This document shows, piece by piece, positions 30,238 to 39,446 of a DNA stretch of 64,000 nt. The notes below the pieces were generated by a model. It saw only the letters and a list, made by a program, of their open reading frames with translations. It searched no databases and was not told the DNA's origin. The stretch is from Gammaproteobacteria bacterium (GTDB lineage Bacteria > Pseudomonadota > Gammaproteobacteria > GCA-001735895): contig JBNKUM010000008.1 of the NCBI GenBank assembly GCA_050298595.1, positions 64,001-128,000 of the forward strand. The letters run 5' to 3'. Made by a program: the position numbers and the translations under genes. Numbering within the stretch: position 1 is the stretch's first letter; every line of letters begins with the position of its first letter.

Positions 30238-31734
30238 TTATTGAATTATTACCTTCGGCTGTGTATTTCTATATTGAGGCATTTTCATACCAGCACTCGC
30301 ATTGATATAGGTAGGGTCGGCAACGGTAAATTTTTGATTCTTATAATTCACCACATCGCCTAGTGGCTGTTTCAAATTAACTGCGGCTGCTACATGTCCC
30401 GGAAATTCCAGGCCGATGACTTCCAGACCCAAGAGATGACGAACTAACCAGGAGAAGATGATCGCTCGGTCTTCACAGTCTGAAGAAGGATAATAAAGCG
30501 TCTCTTCTATAAACATATAATTCTCTTCACCAAACTGCTGATTATCTGTTTGATATCGAAACGCATGTTGTACAAAAGCTAGCAAAAAATTCACCGCATC
30601 TATTTCTGTCATGCCATCTACTGCAGGTGTTAACTGAGTCAACAAGGCATTAGCAGTCTGATCATCAAGCTGCGTTTGAAAGTATTCTCCTAAATCCATC
30701 TGCGGATAGGATGCAAAAAAATTAATGGTGTTTTTGTTCACCGGAATACTGAACTGATATTTCCTGCCCTGAAAGGTAAAAGATAATTTCCTGTTCTGAG
30801 CATCATTTTTTGATTTTAGACTTTTAGGGATGGAAAAGTCGGGATTAGACAACGCTTTGGGATATTTGCCATTATAAGAAAATAATTCTGCAGGTAGCTT
30901 TTTGGTTTGAGGAATGCTATAAAACTTTTCACCATCGAATTTAAAATAGGCAATATCGTATAGATTCTGACGAGCAGCCACTAGCAGGTAAATATTTTTT
31001 GAATCGTAAGCAAGCCTGGCTTTTAAACCGGATTTTAATAACAGGAACCAGCTTACTAATCTCTGATTATTGCGATTTATCGAAAGTTTTTCAGTGAACT
31101 TGAGTACCAATTGCAGATAGGCCCAGTCATTCATATCCAGCTGACGCTTATAGCTAAGCAAATTGTCAAGCGTCTTCAGATACTCCGATTTAGCCAGTTC
31201 AGAAAAATTGTGCTGAATCGAGTTTTGAGAAACACGATTATCAAAAGCTGTATAGGTTTCGTATAGTCCATCAACTATAGAAAGTTGATGCCCCAGATAA
31301 TCGACTTTAACGATGCGTTCATCAAAATCAACTGGCGGAGGAGTGGGTATAAATACAGGCTGAGGCTTGATAATAATAACTGGAGGTACTTTTATGACGG
31401 GCTTTGATGGAGCTTCATCAGGTTGTACTACAGGTCGGGTTACAGGCTTAACCTTTGCAACAGGAATCTTGCCTGGTTTAGGTGCCACATCCCTTACGAT
31501 ACCTTCCTCTGTATCAAACGGTTCCCATTTTTGATTAAGAAACTCGGAAAATTCTCGGTCGATTTGATCCTTATAATCCTTGAATTCGCCCATGTACTGT
31601 TTTTTCCACTGTTCAAACTCTTCAAGCTCCGCTTGAGACTGAGCAAGTATTGTGAGCGGAAACAATATAGCAAGTACAGCAATTAGCCCCAGGCTAACAT
31701 TGACTGTAACTACTGAAAGTTGAATTTTTCTCAT
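30238..31734 (-). CDS. secreted protein with C-terminal transglutaminase-like (Cys-His-Asp) domain
   Basis: Signal peptide, acidic helical N-domain, Pro-rich linker, SDCEDRAI...GHVAAAV...ADPT. Confidence 0.7.
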   Translation of the reverse strand: MRKIQLSVVTVNVSLGLIAVLAILFPLTILAQSQAELEEFEQWKKQYMGEFKDYKDQIDREFSEFLNQKWEPFDTEEGIVRDVAPKPGKIPVAKVKPVTRPVVQPDEAPSKPVIKVPPVIIIKPQPVFIPTPPPVDFDERIVKVDYLGHQLSIVDGLYETYTAFDNRVSQNSIQHNFSELAKSEYLKTLDNLLSYKRQLDMNDWAYLQLVLKFTEKLSINRNNQRLVSWFLLLKSGLKARLAYDSKNIYLLVAARQNLYDIAYFKFDGEKFYSIPQTKKLPAELFSYNGKYPKALSNPDFSIPKSLKSKNDAQNRKLSFTFQGRKYQFSIPVNKNTINFFASYPQMDLGEYFQTQLDDQTANALLTQLTPAVDGMTEIDAVNFLLAFVQHAFRYQTDNQQFGEENYMFIEETLYYPSSDCEDRAIIFSWLVRHLLGLEVIGLEFPGHVAAAVNLKQPLGDVVNYKNQKFTVADPTYINASAGMKMPQYRNTQPKVIIQ

Positions 31735-32061
31735 GATATTGAGGGAAAACTTTTACTACCTGTTCCCTGTAGACCTATTACCCTAAATAATTATAATTTT
31801 AAAATTGTGACACAGAATGTCTAACAGGGTGATGAAAAGCAATGCGAAATTCATCTTGAGTTAAAGATTATTCCATCAATCTGCTGGATAATAGATTGTA
31901 TTTGTCTGTACTTTTTGTCAATATCAGTTAAATTTTTTTTATTGATCTACAGCACAAATATGGAAATAAATGCATTCTAATATGGAGTAATTATTTATTT
32001 TTGAGCTTGTAACTTCGATTAATCTCAAAACAAAACTTTTTAATCTGAAATGGAGAATTTG

Positions 32062-32652
32062 ATGAAAACGTCCTTAAAACAAACTTTACTCCCAGTTGTA
32101 ATTGCTCTAGCCATCTCAGGATGTGGCGGCTCTTCCAAGCAAATCGATGAACCCGACTGTGTTTTCCCAGATGCTCCCAATGCTGCAGCTCCTGCATGGA
32201 TCTGTGATGCCCCAGTTGAGGGTGTTGCCCTTAGTGCAGTTGGCTATGCTCAAAAATCTAAAGCTGGTAATTCGTTCATGAAAAAAATTGCTACCGCTGA
32301 TGGGCGAGTTCAACTTGCACAGACATTCAAAACTCATGTGCAGAATATGATCAAGCTTTATGCAGAATCTACCGGTGCAGCTGATGATGAAACCGTCGAC
32401 CAGGTGAACACATCGGTATCCAAATTGATCACCAATGAAACCCTGGTCGGTTCACGATTGTTAAAATCCAGAGTGAGTCCGGCTGGTGGTCTTTTTGTTT
32501 TGATCGGCCTGGATTCAGCCAACGTCCAGCAGGCTGCTAAAGAAAGCATTCAAACCAGCATGCGTAACGAACAGGCACTATGGCAACAATTCAAGGCCAA
32601 AAAAGCGCAGGATGAACTTGCCGCCGATATCGCAAAAATGAGTAATCGCTGA
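32062..32652 (+). CDS. LPP20-family lipoprotein
   Basis: GGAGA RBS before ATG 32062; ISGC lipobox; CVFPD..APAWIC, A..DGRVQLA. Confidence 0.75.
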   Translation: MKTSLKQTLLPVVIALAISGCGGSSKQIDEPDCVFPDAPNAAAPAWICDAPVEGVALSAVGYAQKSKAGNSFMKKIATADGRVQLAQTFKTHVQNMIKLYAESTGAADDETVDQVNTSVSKLITNETLVGSRLLKSRVSPAGGLFVLIGLDSANVQQAAKESIQTSMRNEQALWQQFKAKKAQDELAADIAKMSNR

Positions 32653-32658
32653 TCTCAC

Positions 32659-32694
32659 AAAAAAAGCTGCTGCTGAATACTTCAGCAACAGCTT
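32659..32694 (-). terminator. intrinsic terminator after dctM
   Basis: aagctgctgctgaa-tac-ttcagcaacagctt hairpin with T7 on the minus strand. Confidence 0.75.
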
Positions 32695-32718
32695 CCATTA
32701 GCTAGCAAAAACGGCTAA

Positions 32719-34125
32719 TCAGGTAAAACCCATTTGGGCCGGTAACCAGAGCACAATACCTGGTAAGGCGACCAGCGCAGCAATGGTTAAGGCATCAGCG
32801 ATAAAAAATGGAATCACCCCTCGAAATACATCCTGCACACTACACTCCGGACGTACACCCGCCACCACAAAACAATTAAGTCCAATGGGTGGTGTTATTA
32901 AACAAAACTCTGCCATCTTCACCACGATAATACCGAACCAGATGGAACAGCCAACGCTGGAAACACCAAACGCAGAATCTGCAGCACTCACCCCATCCCC
33001 TCCATTCAATGCGATCACTGCCGGATAAACAACCGGTAGGGTTAACAGCAGCATACCGATAGCATCCATAAACATACCCAGCACCGCGTAGGCCAGTAAA
33101 ATAAGTACCAGTGTCATCATTGGGCTTTGATCAAGCGCCGTTATCCAGCCGGCAAAGGCTGAGGGCAGATCAGCGAAACCAAGGAAACGTACATACAGCA
33201 ACACACCCCAGATAATGGTAAATATCATTACCGTCAGCTTGGCGGTTTCCAGTAGTGTACCTTTTAACTCTTGCCAGCGCATACCCTTATACAGCGCCAT
33301 TATCAAGATAATGAAAGCACCCAGCGAGCCCGCTTCGGTCGGGGTCCCTATCCCACCATAGATACAGATGACAATAATGCTGACTACAAAAAATATCGGC
33401 AATGCTCCTGGGAGTGACTCCAGGCGTTGCTTCCAGCTATAGCCCCTTACCGGGGGACCAAAGTTCTTACGAGTCTTGGCCAGAAATACAACCAGGCCTG
33501 CATAAACTAATGCCGAAAAAGCGCCAGGCAAGAAGCCTGCCATCAATAATGCACCTACATCCTGTTCCACAATAATGGCATAGATCACCAGTATTGCTGA
33601 AGGCGGTATCAATGATGCCAGAGTGCCACTTGCGGCTACCACGCCGGCAGCGAATCGCTTGTCATAGCCTAACTGTAGCATCTCGGGGACAGCGATACGA
33701 GCAAACACCGCCGAGGTGGCAACCGACGCACCCGAAACCGCTGCAAATCCTGCCGCAGAAAAAACCGTTGCCACACCCATTCCACCGGGTAACCAACCGA
33801 CCCAACGTTTGGCTGCTTCAAACAGTGCACGCGTCAATCCGGCATGATAGGCCAGAAAACCTATCAGGATAAACGTGGGTATCAGCGATAGAGCGAGCGT
33901 AGACACCTTCGAATGAGGAATAGTACCTGCCATTTTCATGGCTACCAGAAACCCCCTCTCAAAGCCCATTTTTGCAGAAAAGATCCACAGTAAACCAATA
34001 AAGCCTGCAAGCGCAGCTGCAAAGGCTACCCTGACCCCCATCACCACAAACAACAACATGAATCCGGTAACCCAAAGACCAATGGTGATCGAATCCAGTT
34101 GTCCTAAACTCTCCAGCCAGCTCAT
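32719..34125 (-). CDS. dctM: TRAP transporter large permease
   Basis: SGASVAT, GTLASLIPPS, TPTEA, ITPPIGLN. Confidence 0.95.
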   Translation of the reverse strand: MSWLESLGQLDSITIGLWVTGFMLLFVVMGVRVAFAAALAGFIGLLWIFSAKMGFERGFLVAMKMAGTIPHSKVSTLALSLIPTFILIGFLAYHAGLTRALFEAAKRWVGWLPGGMGVATVFSAAGFAAVSGASVATSAVFARIAVPEMLQLGYDKRFAAGVVAASGTLASLIPPSAILVIYAIIVEQDVGALLMAGFLPGAFSALVYAGLVVFLAKTRKNFGPPVRGYSWKQRLESLPGALPIFFVVSIIVICIYGGIGTPTEAGSLGAFIILIMALYKGMRWQELKGTLLETAKLTVMIFTIIWGVLLYVRFLGFADLPSAFAGWITALDQSPMMTLVLILLAYAVLGMFMDAIGMLLLTLPVVYPAVIALNGGDGVSAADSAFGVSSVGCSIWFGIIVVKMAEFCLITPPIGLNCFVVAGVRPECSVQDVFRGVIPFFIADALTIAALVALPGIVLWLPAQMGFT

Positions 34126-34760
34126 GATTTATCTCCATCGACCTTAGCAATTTCATCGCCAAGTAAGGCTTCGGCTTCGGCTGCGGCCACGGCTGCTGCA
34201 TCTTCAATCAGGGGTACGGCTACCGGGTTGTCACCTCCCTGCCTGAGTGCTCGAAGATAACCCCATATCTGTAAAACCAGGCGCAACGCAAGCACAGTTA
34301 AGGCTAGCGGTACCACCAATTTGGCAGGCCAGGTAGGTAAATTGATATCGAGTGAAGAGTCACCAATTTGATAGGCACGTAAAAAATGCAGAAAGGATCC
34401 GTAAATCAGGATCAGAGTCACTGCAAGCATGAGTAGAGTAGATAGTAATTCAGTAAACCATAAGGGACGACCATGAATGTTTCCGACCAGCATATCCATA
34501 CGTATATGCCCGCCTTCTCGTTGGGTATAGGCTATTCCAAGAAAAGCAAAAAATGCCATTGCCTGCTCCACCCAGTCGATATAACCCGAGATAGGCAGGG
34601 AAAAAAACCAGCGGCCCAGTACATTAGCGGTAGCCAGAAATACCAGTAAAAAAATAACTATGCCACCGATCAGCGTCAGCGCTGATTCAAGCCTGAAGAA
34701 AAGTCGGTCCAGCCGACTTAAAAAGGATTGATCTTCGAGAACGGTATGCGAGCCCGCCAT
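34122..34760 (-). CDS. dctQ: TRAP transporter small permease
   Basis: Four TMs, GHIRMD. Confidence 0.93.
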   Translation of the reverse strand: MAGSHTVLEDQSFLSRLDRLFFRLESALTLIGGIVIFLLVFLATANVLGRWFFSLPISGYIDWVEQAMAFFAFLGIAYTQREGGHIRMDMLVGNIHGRPLWFTELLSTLLMLAVTLILIYGSFLHFLRAYQIGDSSLDINLPTWPAKLVVPLALTVLALRLVLQIWGYLRALRQGGDNPVAVPLIEDAAAVAAAEAEALLGDEIAKVDGDKS

Positions 34761-34806
34761 GACAACTACCTCAGAGTTTTATGCTGCGAAAAAAACGCAT
34801 AGAAAC

Positions 34807-34833
34807 TATCCGCACTCGATTCGAGTGCGGATA
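34807..34833. other. perfect hairpin between dctP and dctQ (mRNA stabiliser or partial terminator)
   Basis: tatccgcactcga-t-tcgagtgcggata, 13-bp arms. Confidence 0.7.
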
Positions 34834-34845
34834 ATGCTTTATTGC

Positions 34846-35847
34846 TTATTGAACAAATAACGCTTGAGTAAATTCGAAAAGCGCTTTGGAATCAAATTGC
34901 GAGGCATACTTTTTGACCCAGTCTTCTCTAACAGAAGCTGCAAGCTTGTTAAGCTCAGCTGTTTGAGCGGCATTAAAGGTCACACGCGTTAAACCTGCTT
35001 CAGTCACAGCCTGCTCGTATTTGCCGGTAGTATTGTTATTATAGTTGTCCACATAGAAAGCGATCGCTTCATCAACCGAGCCCAGTAAAGCATCACGATT
35101 TTTAGCACTCAATGCATTCAGCGCATCAGTATTCACTACAACCGGACAATTAGCCGAACCCAGATTAAGATTGGTTGAAGCCCACTTGCCTACCTTGAAG
35201 GTTTTGGTCGCCAGATGTGCATGCGGGGCAAAAGTTGCTGCATCGATCACACCGGAATCCATAGACTGCCGTACTTCAGAGAAAGGCACACCGGTCTTTA
35301 CTGCCCCCAGTTTTCCAAGAACCCCCATAATGCCACCCGGCCCACGCACTCGCATACCTTTTAAATCTGACAGAGATTTCAATACATCTGTCTTACTCAC
35401 CAGGTTGTACTGAGGTAGCGGTGTTGGCATCAACAGGGTTGCATTCCAGCGTGCAAGATCTTTTTTAACGATAGGGTGTTCATGTACTTTTTTATAGATT
35501 TCTGCCACACGGGCTAGTGTTACATCTTTACTAAAGGGTAACTCTGTGACTGTTATGGTTGGATTTTTATCATTGTGATAAAAGGAACAGAATTGCGCCA
35601 TTTCAAAAGCACCGAAAGAAATACCATCCAGGTTTTCCTTGGCTTTGGACAAGCCTCCGTAGGATATCTTGAGTTTGAAATCCCCATTGGTTTTCTTCTC
35701 TACCAACTCAGCGAGTTTTTCAACATTCTCGGTGAAAGCGCGGCGCTTACCCCATAAAGATACATTCCACTCGGTAGCTGCCTGTAGCTCGGCTGCAAAT
35801 AGACCGGCACAGATAGTGGTAGCGATGATTATTTTTTTGTTCAGCAT
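34846..35847 (-). CDS. dctP: TRAP solute-binding protein
   Basis: Signal peptide, DLKGMRVR, LGA...PFSEV...GVID. Confidence 0.93.
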   Translation of the reverse strand: MLNKKIIIATTICAGLFAAELQAATEWNVSLWGKRRAFTENVEKLAELVEKKTNGDFKLKISYGGLSKAKENLDGISFGAFEMAQFCSFYHNDKNPTITVTELPFSKDVTLARVAEIYKKVHEHPIVKKDLARWNATLLMPTPLPQYNLVSKTDVLKSLSDLKGMRVRGPGGIMGVLGKLGAVKTGVPFSEVRQSMDSGVIDAATFAPHAHLATKTFKVGKWASTNLNLGSANCPVVVNTDALNALSAKNRDALLGSVDEAIAFYVDNYNNNTTGKYEQAVTEAGLTRVTFNAAQTAELNKLAASVREDWVKKYASQFDSKALFEFTQALFVQ

Positions 35848-35931
35848 GAAACTTCCTCTTGTTTGAATATTTATGTTCAGTAAAACTTTATTACCGGGGT
35901 CTTAATTGCCCCGGTTTTGCATTTACTGATT

Positions 35932-35947
35932 AACATAAACTGTGCCA
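35932..35947 (-). promoter_or_regulatory. probable sigma54 promoter for dctPQM with non-canonical -12
   Basis: TGGCACAGTTTATGTT: perfect -24, GT in place of GC; next to a sigma54 activator gene. Confidence 0.45.
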
Positions 35948-36068
35948 AAACATGAAAATCATTGATTGTTAAAGAGGTTTCAACAAACTTTCTAACCATC
36001 AACCTTGATTGCACGCCCCTTTAGGAAATAAATGACTCGGAAATTCAACCAAATGAGAAATAATTTTC

Positions 36069-37430
36069 TCATTTTCTGTAATCGGAAACCGTAATCCCAA
36101 AGCGCGTTAACTTCTGGTTAAAGGTTCGCCGCTCCAGATCCAGATCATTTAACACCTCAGAAACCTTGCCCTGATGCTGGGCCAGCTTGGAGCGAATCAG
36201 GTTTTCTTCAAACGAGTTCACCTGCTGCTTGAGAGAACTATGCCTACTGTTATTACCCCAACTTACTGCTGCTCCTGGTATAAACTGTCCAATATCACCA
36301 AACCCATTAATGACGTAACGCGTTGCTACATTGATCAACTCACGGACATTACCCGGCCAGTCGCTGGACAGCAGAACGCTACAGTTTTGATCACTGATGG
36401 GCTGGTAATCAATCTTAAAATTTTCACAACTTTGCATCACGAAATATTCAAATAGCGTAATAATATCCTCCTGCCGATCTCGCAATGGAGGTATATGGCT
36501 CTCACCTACCTGAAGCCGATAAAACAGGTCCTGACGAAAACTGTCGTGATTTAACAAATCTTCCTTGGTTGCAGAAATCACCCGACAATCGGTAAAACGC
36601 TCTTCATTGCTGCCTAATGGGGTAATAATTCCATCCTGTAATACGCGTAGTAACTTGGCCTGGATGGATGGTGACAGACTTTCTACTTCATCCAGAAAAA
36701 GCGTCCCGCCACTGGCATACTCTAGCTTACCAACTCGTGCACCTTTAGCACCGGTGAATGCACCTTTCTCATAGCCGAATAACTCAGCTTCTGCCAGTTC
36801 ATCAGGTATCGCTGCACAATTCAGCGCGACAAAAGATTTATCCCGTCGAGAGCTGAAATCATGCAGGCATCGCGCTACCAGCTCCTTACCTACGCCAGTC
36901 TCACCGTAGATCATCACCGGGATATCCATCAGTGCCAGCTTCAACACATTCTGCTTAAGCTGCTTCATCATCGGGCTGTTGCCGATCAGTCGCGATTCGA
37001 TGCTGCTATGCTGCTCAAGTTGCAGGCGGGTTTCCAGCAATGAAAGGCTCAGTAACCTTTTATCTACCGCACGTTGGATACTTTTCAGCAGGCGATTGGT
37101 ATCCACCGGTTTTTCAATAAAATCGTATACCCCATGTTTCATCGCATCTACTGCAATCGTGATATCTCCATAGCCTGTCATTAAAATCACGGGAAGATCG
37201 GGATCTATACTTTTAACGGCTTTAGAAAACTCCAGGCCATCGCCGCCCGGCATACGTAAATCGGTAAGAATGATGGCTGGCATATGTGGATAAATTTCCG
37301 CCAATGCCGGTTGGGGCGAAGAAAATTCAATAATTTTCTGATATTGGGTTGAGAGTAAATCGACGGTATTGACTCTGACATCCTTATCATCATCGACCAC
37401 TATGATCGTTATCGAATTTAGATCAAACAT
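36069..37430 (-). CDS. dctD: sigma54-dependent response regulator (DctD-like)
   Basis: REC (DLRMPG), GETGVGKE, GAFTGA, WPGNVREL, C-terminal HTH. Confidence 0.88.
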   Translation of the reverse strand: MFDLNSITIIVVDDDKDVRVNTVDLLSTQYQKIIEFSSPQPALAEIYPHMPAIILTDLRMPGGDGLEFSKAVKSIDPDLPVILMTGYGDITIAVDAMKHGVYDFIEKPVDTNRLLKSIQRAVDKRLLSLSLLETRLQLEQHSSIESRLIGNSPMMKQLKQNVLKLALMDIPVMIYGETGVGKELVARCLHDFSSRRDKSFVALNCAAIPDELAEAELFGYEKGAFTGAKGARVGKLEYASGGTLFLDEVESLSPSIQAKLLRVLQDGIITPLGSNEERFTDCRVISATKEDLLNHDSFRQDLFYRLQVGESHIPPLRDRQEDIITLFEYFVMQSCENFKIDYQPISDQNCSVLLSSDWPGNVRELINVATRYVINGFGDIGQFIPGAAVSWGNNSRHSSLKQQVNSFEENLIRSKLAQHQGKVSEVLNDLDLERRTFNQKLTRFGITVSDYRK

Positions 37431-37449
37431 CAGTCAGGGTTTGTAGTAG

Positions 37450-37665
37450 TTACTTTTTAAAATAGATAAAAACACCTACAGCAATGCAGGCTACACCGGC
37501 GATATAAAGCATCATGACATTATCTGAATGTGATCCGGTCAAAGCATTGGACAGTTGTGAACCTAGACCCTCCGATTTCTTATACCCCCATATTGACAAA
37601 CCAGCCCCTATAGCGATTAAAACAATGCTGACTATTTTTTGTGTCATGCTTATACTATTTACCAT
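37450..37665 (-). CDS. small two-TM protein (DUF3185-like)
   Basis: Two hydrophobic segments flanking SQLSNALTGS; GGAGA RBS. Confidence 0.7.
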   Translation of the reverse strand: MVNSISMTQKIVSIVLIAIGAGLSIWGYKKSEGLGSQLSNALTGSHSDNVMMLYIAGVACIAVGVFIYFKK

Positions 37666-37785
37666 CTAATAATCTCCATGTTTTCAATTATAGTAATTTA
37701 ATATTAACCATCTGATCGAATGGATTAGAGTGGATCAAGTTAATCACTAGATTCTATACTTTTATCGCACAAAAGGAACCACAAC

Positions 37786-38100
37786 ATGATAGTAAGCAAC
37801 TTAGAAATTATTCCTGGAAAAACCATCATCAGGCATTATGGTCTGGTACAGGGCAATACCATACGCGCCAAACACGTGGGGCGTGACATCATGGCTGGAC
37901 TTAAAAATATCTTTGGCGGAGAACTTAAAGGCTATACCGAATTACTCGCAGAGTCGCGCCAGGAAGCCACCGATAGAATGATCCAGCAGGCAGAGGCATT
38001 AGGCGCGAATGCTGTACTAAACGTACGCTATAGCACCTCCTCTATCACACAGGGTGCCGCAGAACTCTACGCATACGGTACCGCAGTCACGGTGGAATAA
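37786..38100 (+). CDS. YbjQ/UPF0145 family protein
   Basis: GRDIMAGLKNIFGGELKGYT, GANAV, YGTAV. Confidence 0.92.
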   Translation: MIVSNLEIIPGKTIIRHYGLVQGNTIRAKHVGRDIMAGLKNIFGGELKGYTELLAESRQEATDRMIQQAEALGANAVLNVRYSTSSITQGAAELYAYGTAVTVE

Positions 38101-38103
38101 AGC

Positions 38104-38550
38104 ATGGAAATACTAATATTTCTGGTACTTTTAATACTCGGTTATATCTTTGGTCAACTGGCTGAAAGGCATCACTTCAAATCTATTATTGCACGTGAAA
38201 AAGAAACATTATGGATGCCGCTCATGAACCTGAAAACCATCCCTCCTCAAATCACCCATTGTAATACGCAACTGGTGAGCGGTAACGTGGTGATCTCTAT
38301 CGATTTTTTCAAAAAATTTGTCGCCGGATTACGCGGACTGATTGGTGGTCGCATGAGGTCTTACGAGTCTCTACTCGATCGGGCACGGCGCGAAGCCATC
38401 CTGCGTATGAAAGAAGAGGCATTACAACTGGGTGCAAAAATGATCGTCAATGTTCGTATCGAAACTGCTTCGATCAATAAAAACAGTAATAGCAAACAGT
38501 CGGTTGGATCGGTAGAAGTAGTTGCTTATGGAACGGCTATTTCAGTATAA
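38104..38550 (+). CDS. membrane-anchored YbjQ-family protein
   Basis: N-terminal TM; GGRMRSYESLLDRARREA, AYGTAI. Confidence 0.85.
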   Translation: MEILIFLVLLILGYIFGQLAERHHFKSIIAREKETLWMPLMNLKTIPPQITHCNTQLVSGNVVISIDFFKKFVAGLRGLIGGRMRSYESLLDRARREAILRMKEEALQLGAKMIVNVRIETASINKNSNSKQSVGSVEVVAYGTAISV

Positions 38551-38564
38551 GGTTTAATCATCAT

Positions 38565-39446
38565 ATGGAATTTGAAGCTAAACAGATACCGGAAGGTATC
38601 AATACCTCTCAGGAACATCCGCTGAAGGAATTCATCATCCTGCTGGCTGGTGTTGCTACTCTTGTTGCCATTGCATTTTTTATTCTGATGTTATTGTCAG
38701 ACTATCTGGTGCAATATATCCCTCTGGAAAAGGAGCAGCAGTGGTTTAGCTCATCCACCATGTCATCTTTCATTAAGCAGACTACTACGTCTGAGGAGAA
38801 ATCAGTCAACGAATATCTCCTGAAGCTGGTTAATCAATTAGACCCAACTCCTTCTGACCCCAGTCACTATAGCATTCAACTGATCGACGAAGAATCACCC
38901 AATGCATTCATTACACCCGGTGGACATATCTTTGTCACCAGCGGATTACTCAGTCTGGTTAATAGTGAAAATGCACTGGCCATGGTTATCGCTCATGAAA
39001 TGGCGCATCAGATTCATCGGCATCCCATCCGTAGCCTGGGCCGTGGCATGGTTATCGGTATGGTTGCGATGATTATTACCGGCATTGATGGCAGCGAATG
39101 GGCAAGCCAGATGCTTGCGAGTACTTTTAATCTGGGACTACTTGCCTACAGTCGAGACCAGGAACGCGAAGCAGATAAAACCGGATTACAGTTACTCGTC
39201 GACTATTATGGTCACTCCGCAGGCAGCCGATATTTTTTCTCGCAGATGATGCAGCACAAAGAATACAAACATTCGAAACTAACCGAATACCTGAGTACTC
39301 ATCCAAATACCGAAGATCGTCTCAAATACCTGCAGCAACATGTCATCGACGAAGATGCTGAGTTAACGCCTTTACCTGATTTTATAAAGGCGTATGTCTC
39401 TCAGGATCACTCTATTACGCCACCTGTGGCTGAGCCGTCAACTTAA
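38565..39446 (+). CDS. M48 family metallopeptidase
   Basis: PNAF..PGG, HEMAH, YSRDQEREAD, LSTHP. Confidence 0.92.
   Translation: MEFEAKQIPEGINTSQEHPLKEFIILLAGVATLVAIAFFILMLLSDYLVQYIPLEKEQQWFSSSTMSSFIKQTTTSEEKSVNEYLLKLVNQLDPTPSDPSHYSIQLIDEESPNAFITPGGHIFVTSGLLSLVNSENALAMVIAHEMAHQIHRHPIRSLGRGMVIGMVAMIITGIDGSEWASQMLASTFNLGLLAYSRDQEREADKTGLQLLVDYYGHSAGSRYFFSQMMQHKEYKHSKLTEYLSTHPNTEDRLKYLQQHVIDEDAELTPLPDFIKAYVSQDHSITPPVAEPST

Noticed and set aside
14825-31734. LapD/LapG system from the GGDEF-EAL protein plus the DCED protein
   Set aside because: GGDEF and EAL motifs are intact (LapD is degenerate), the genes are 13 kb apart, and no type I secretion or adhesin genes are present
31941-31956. Hybrid FNR/CRP-like site ATTGATctacAGCACA in the lipoprotein cluster's divergent gap
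   Set aside because: Only one good half-site in very AT-rich DNA
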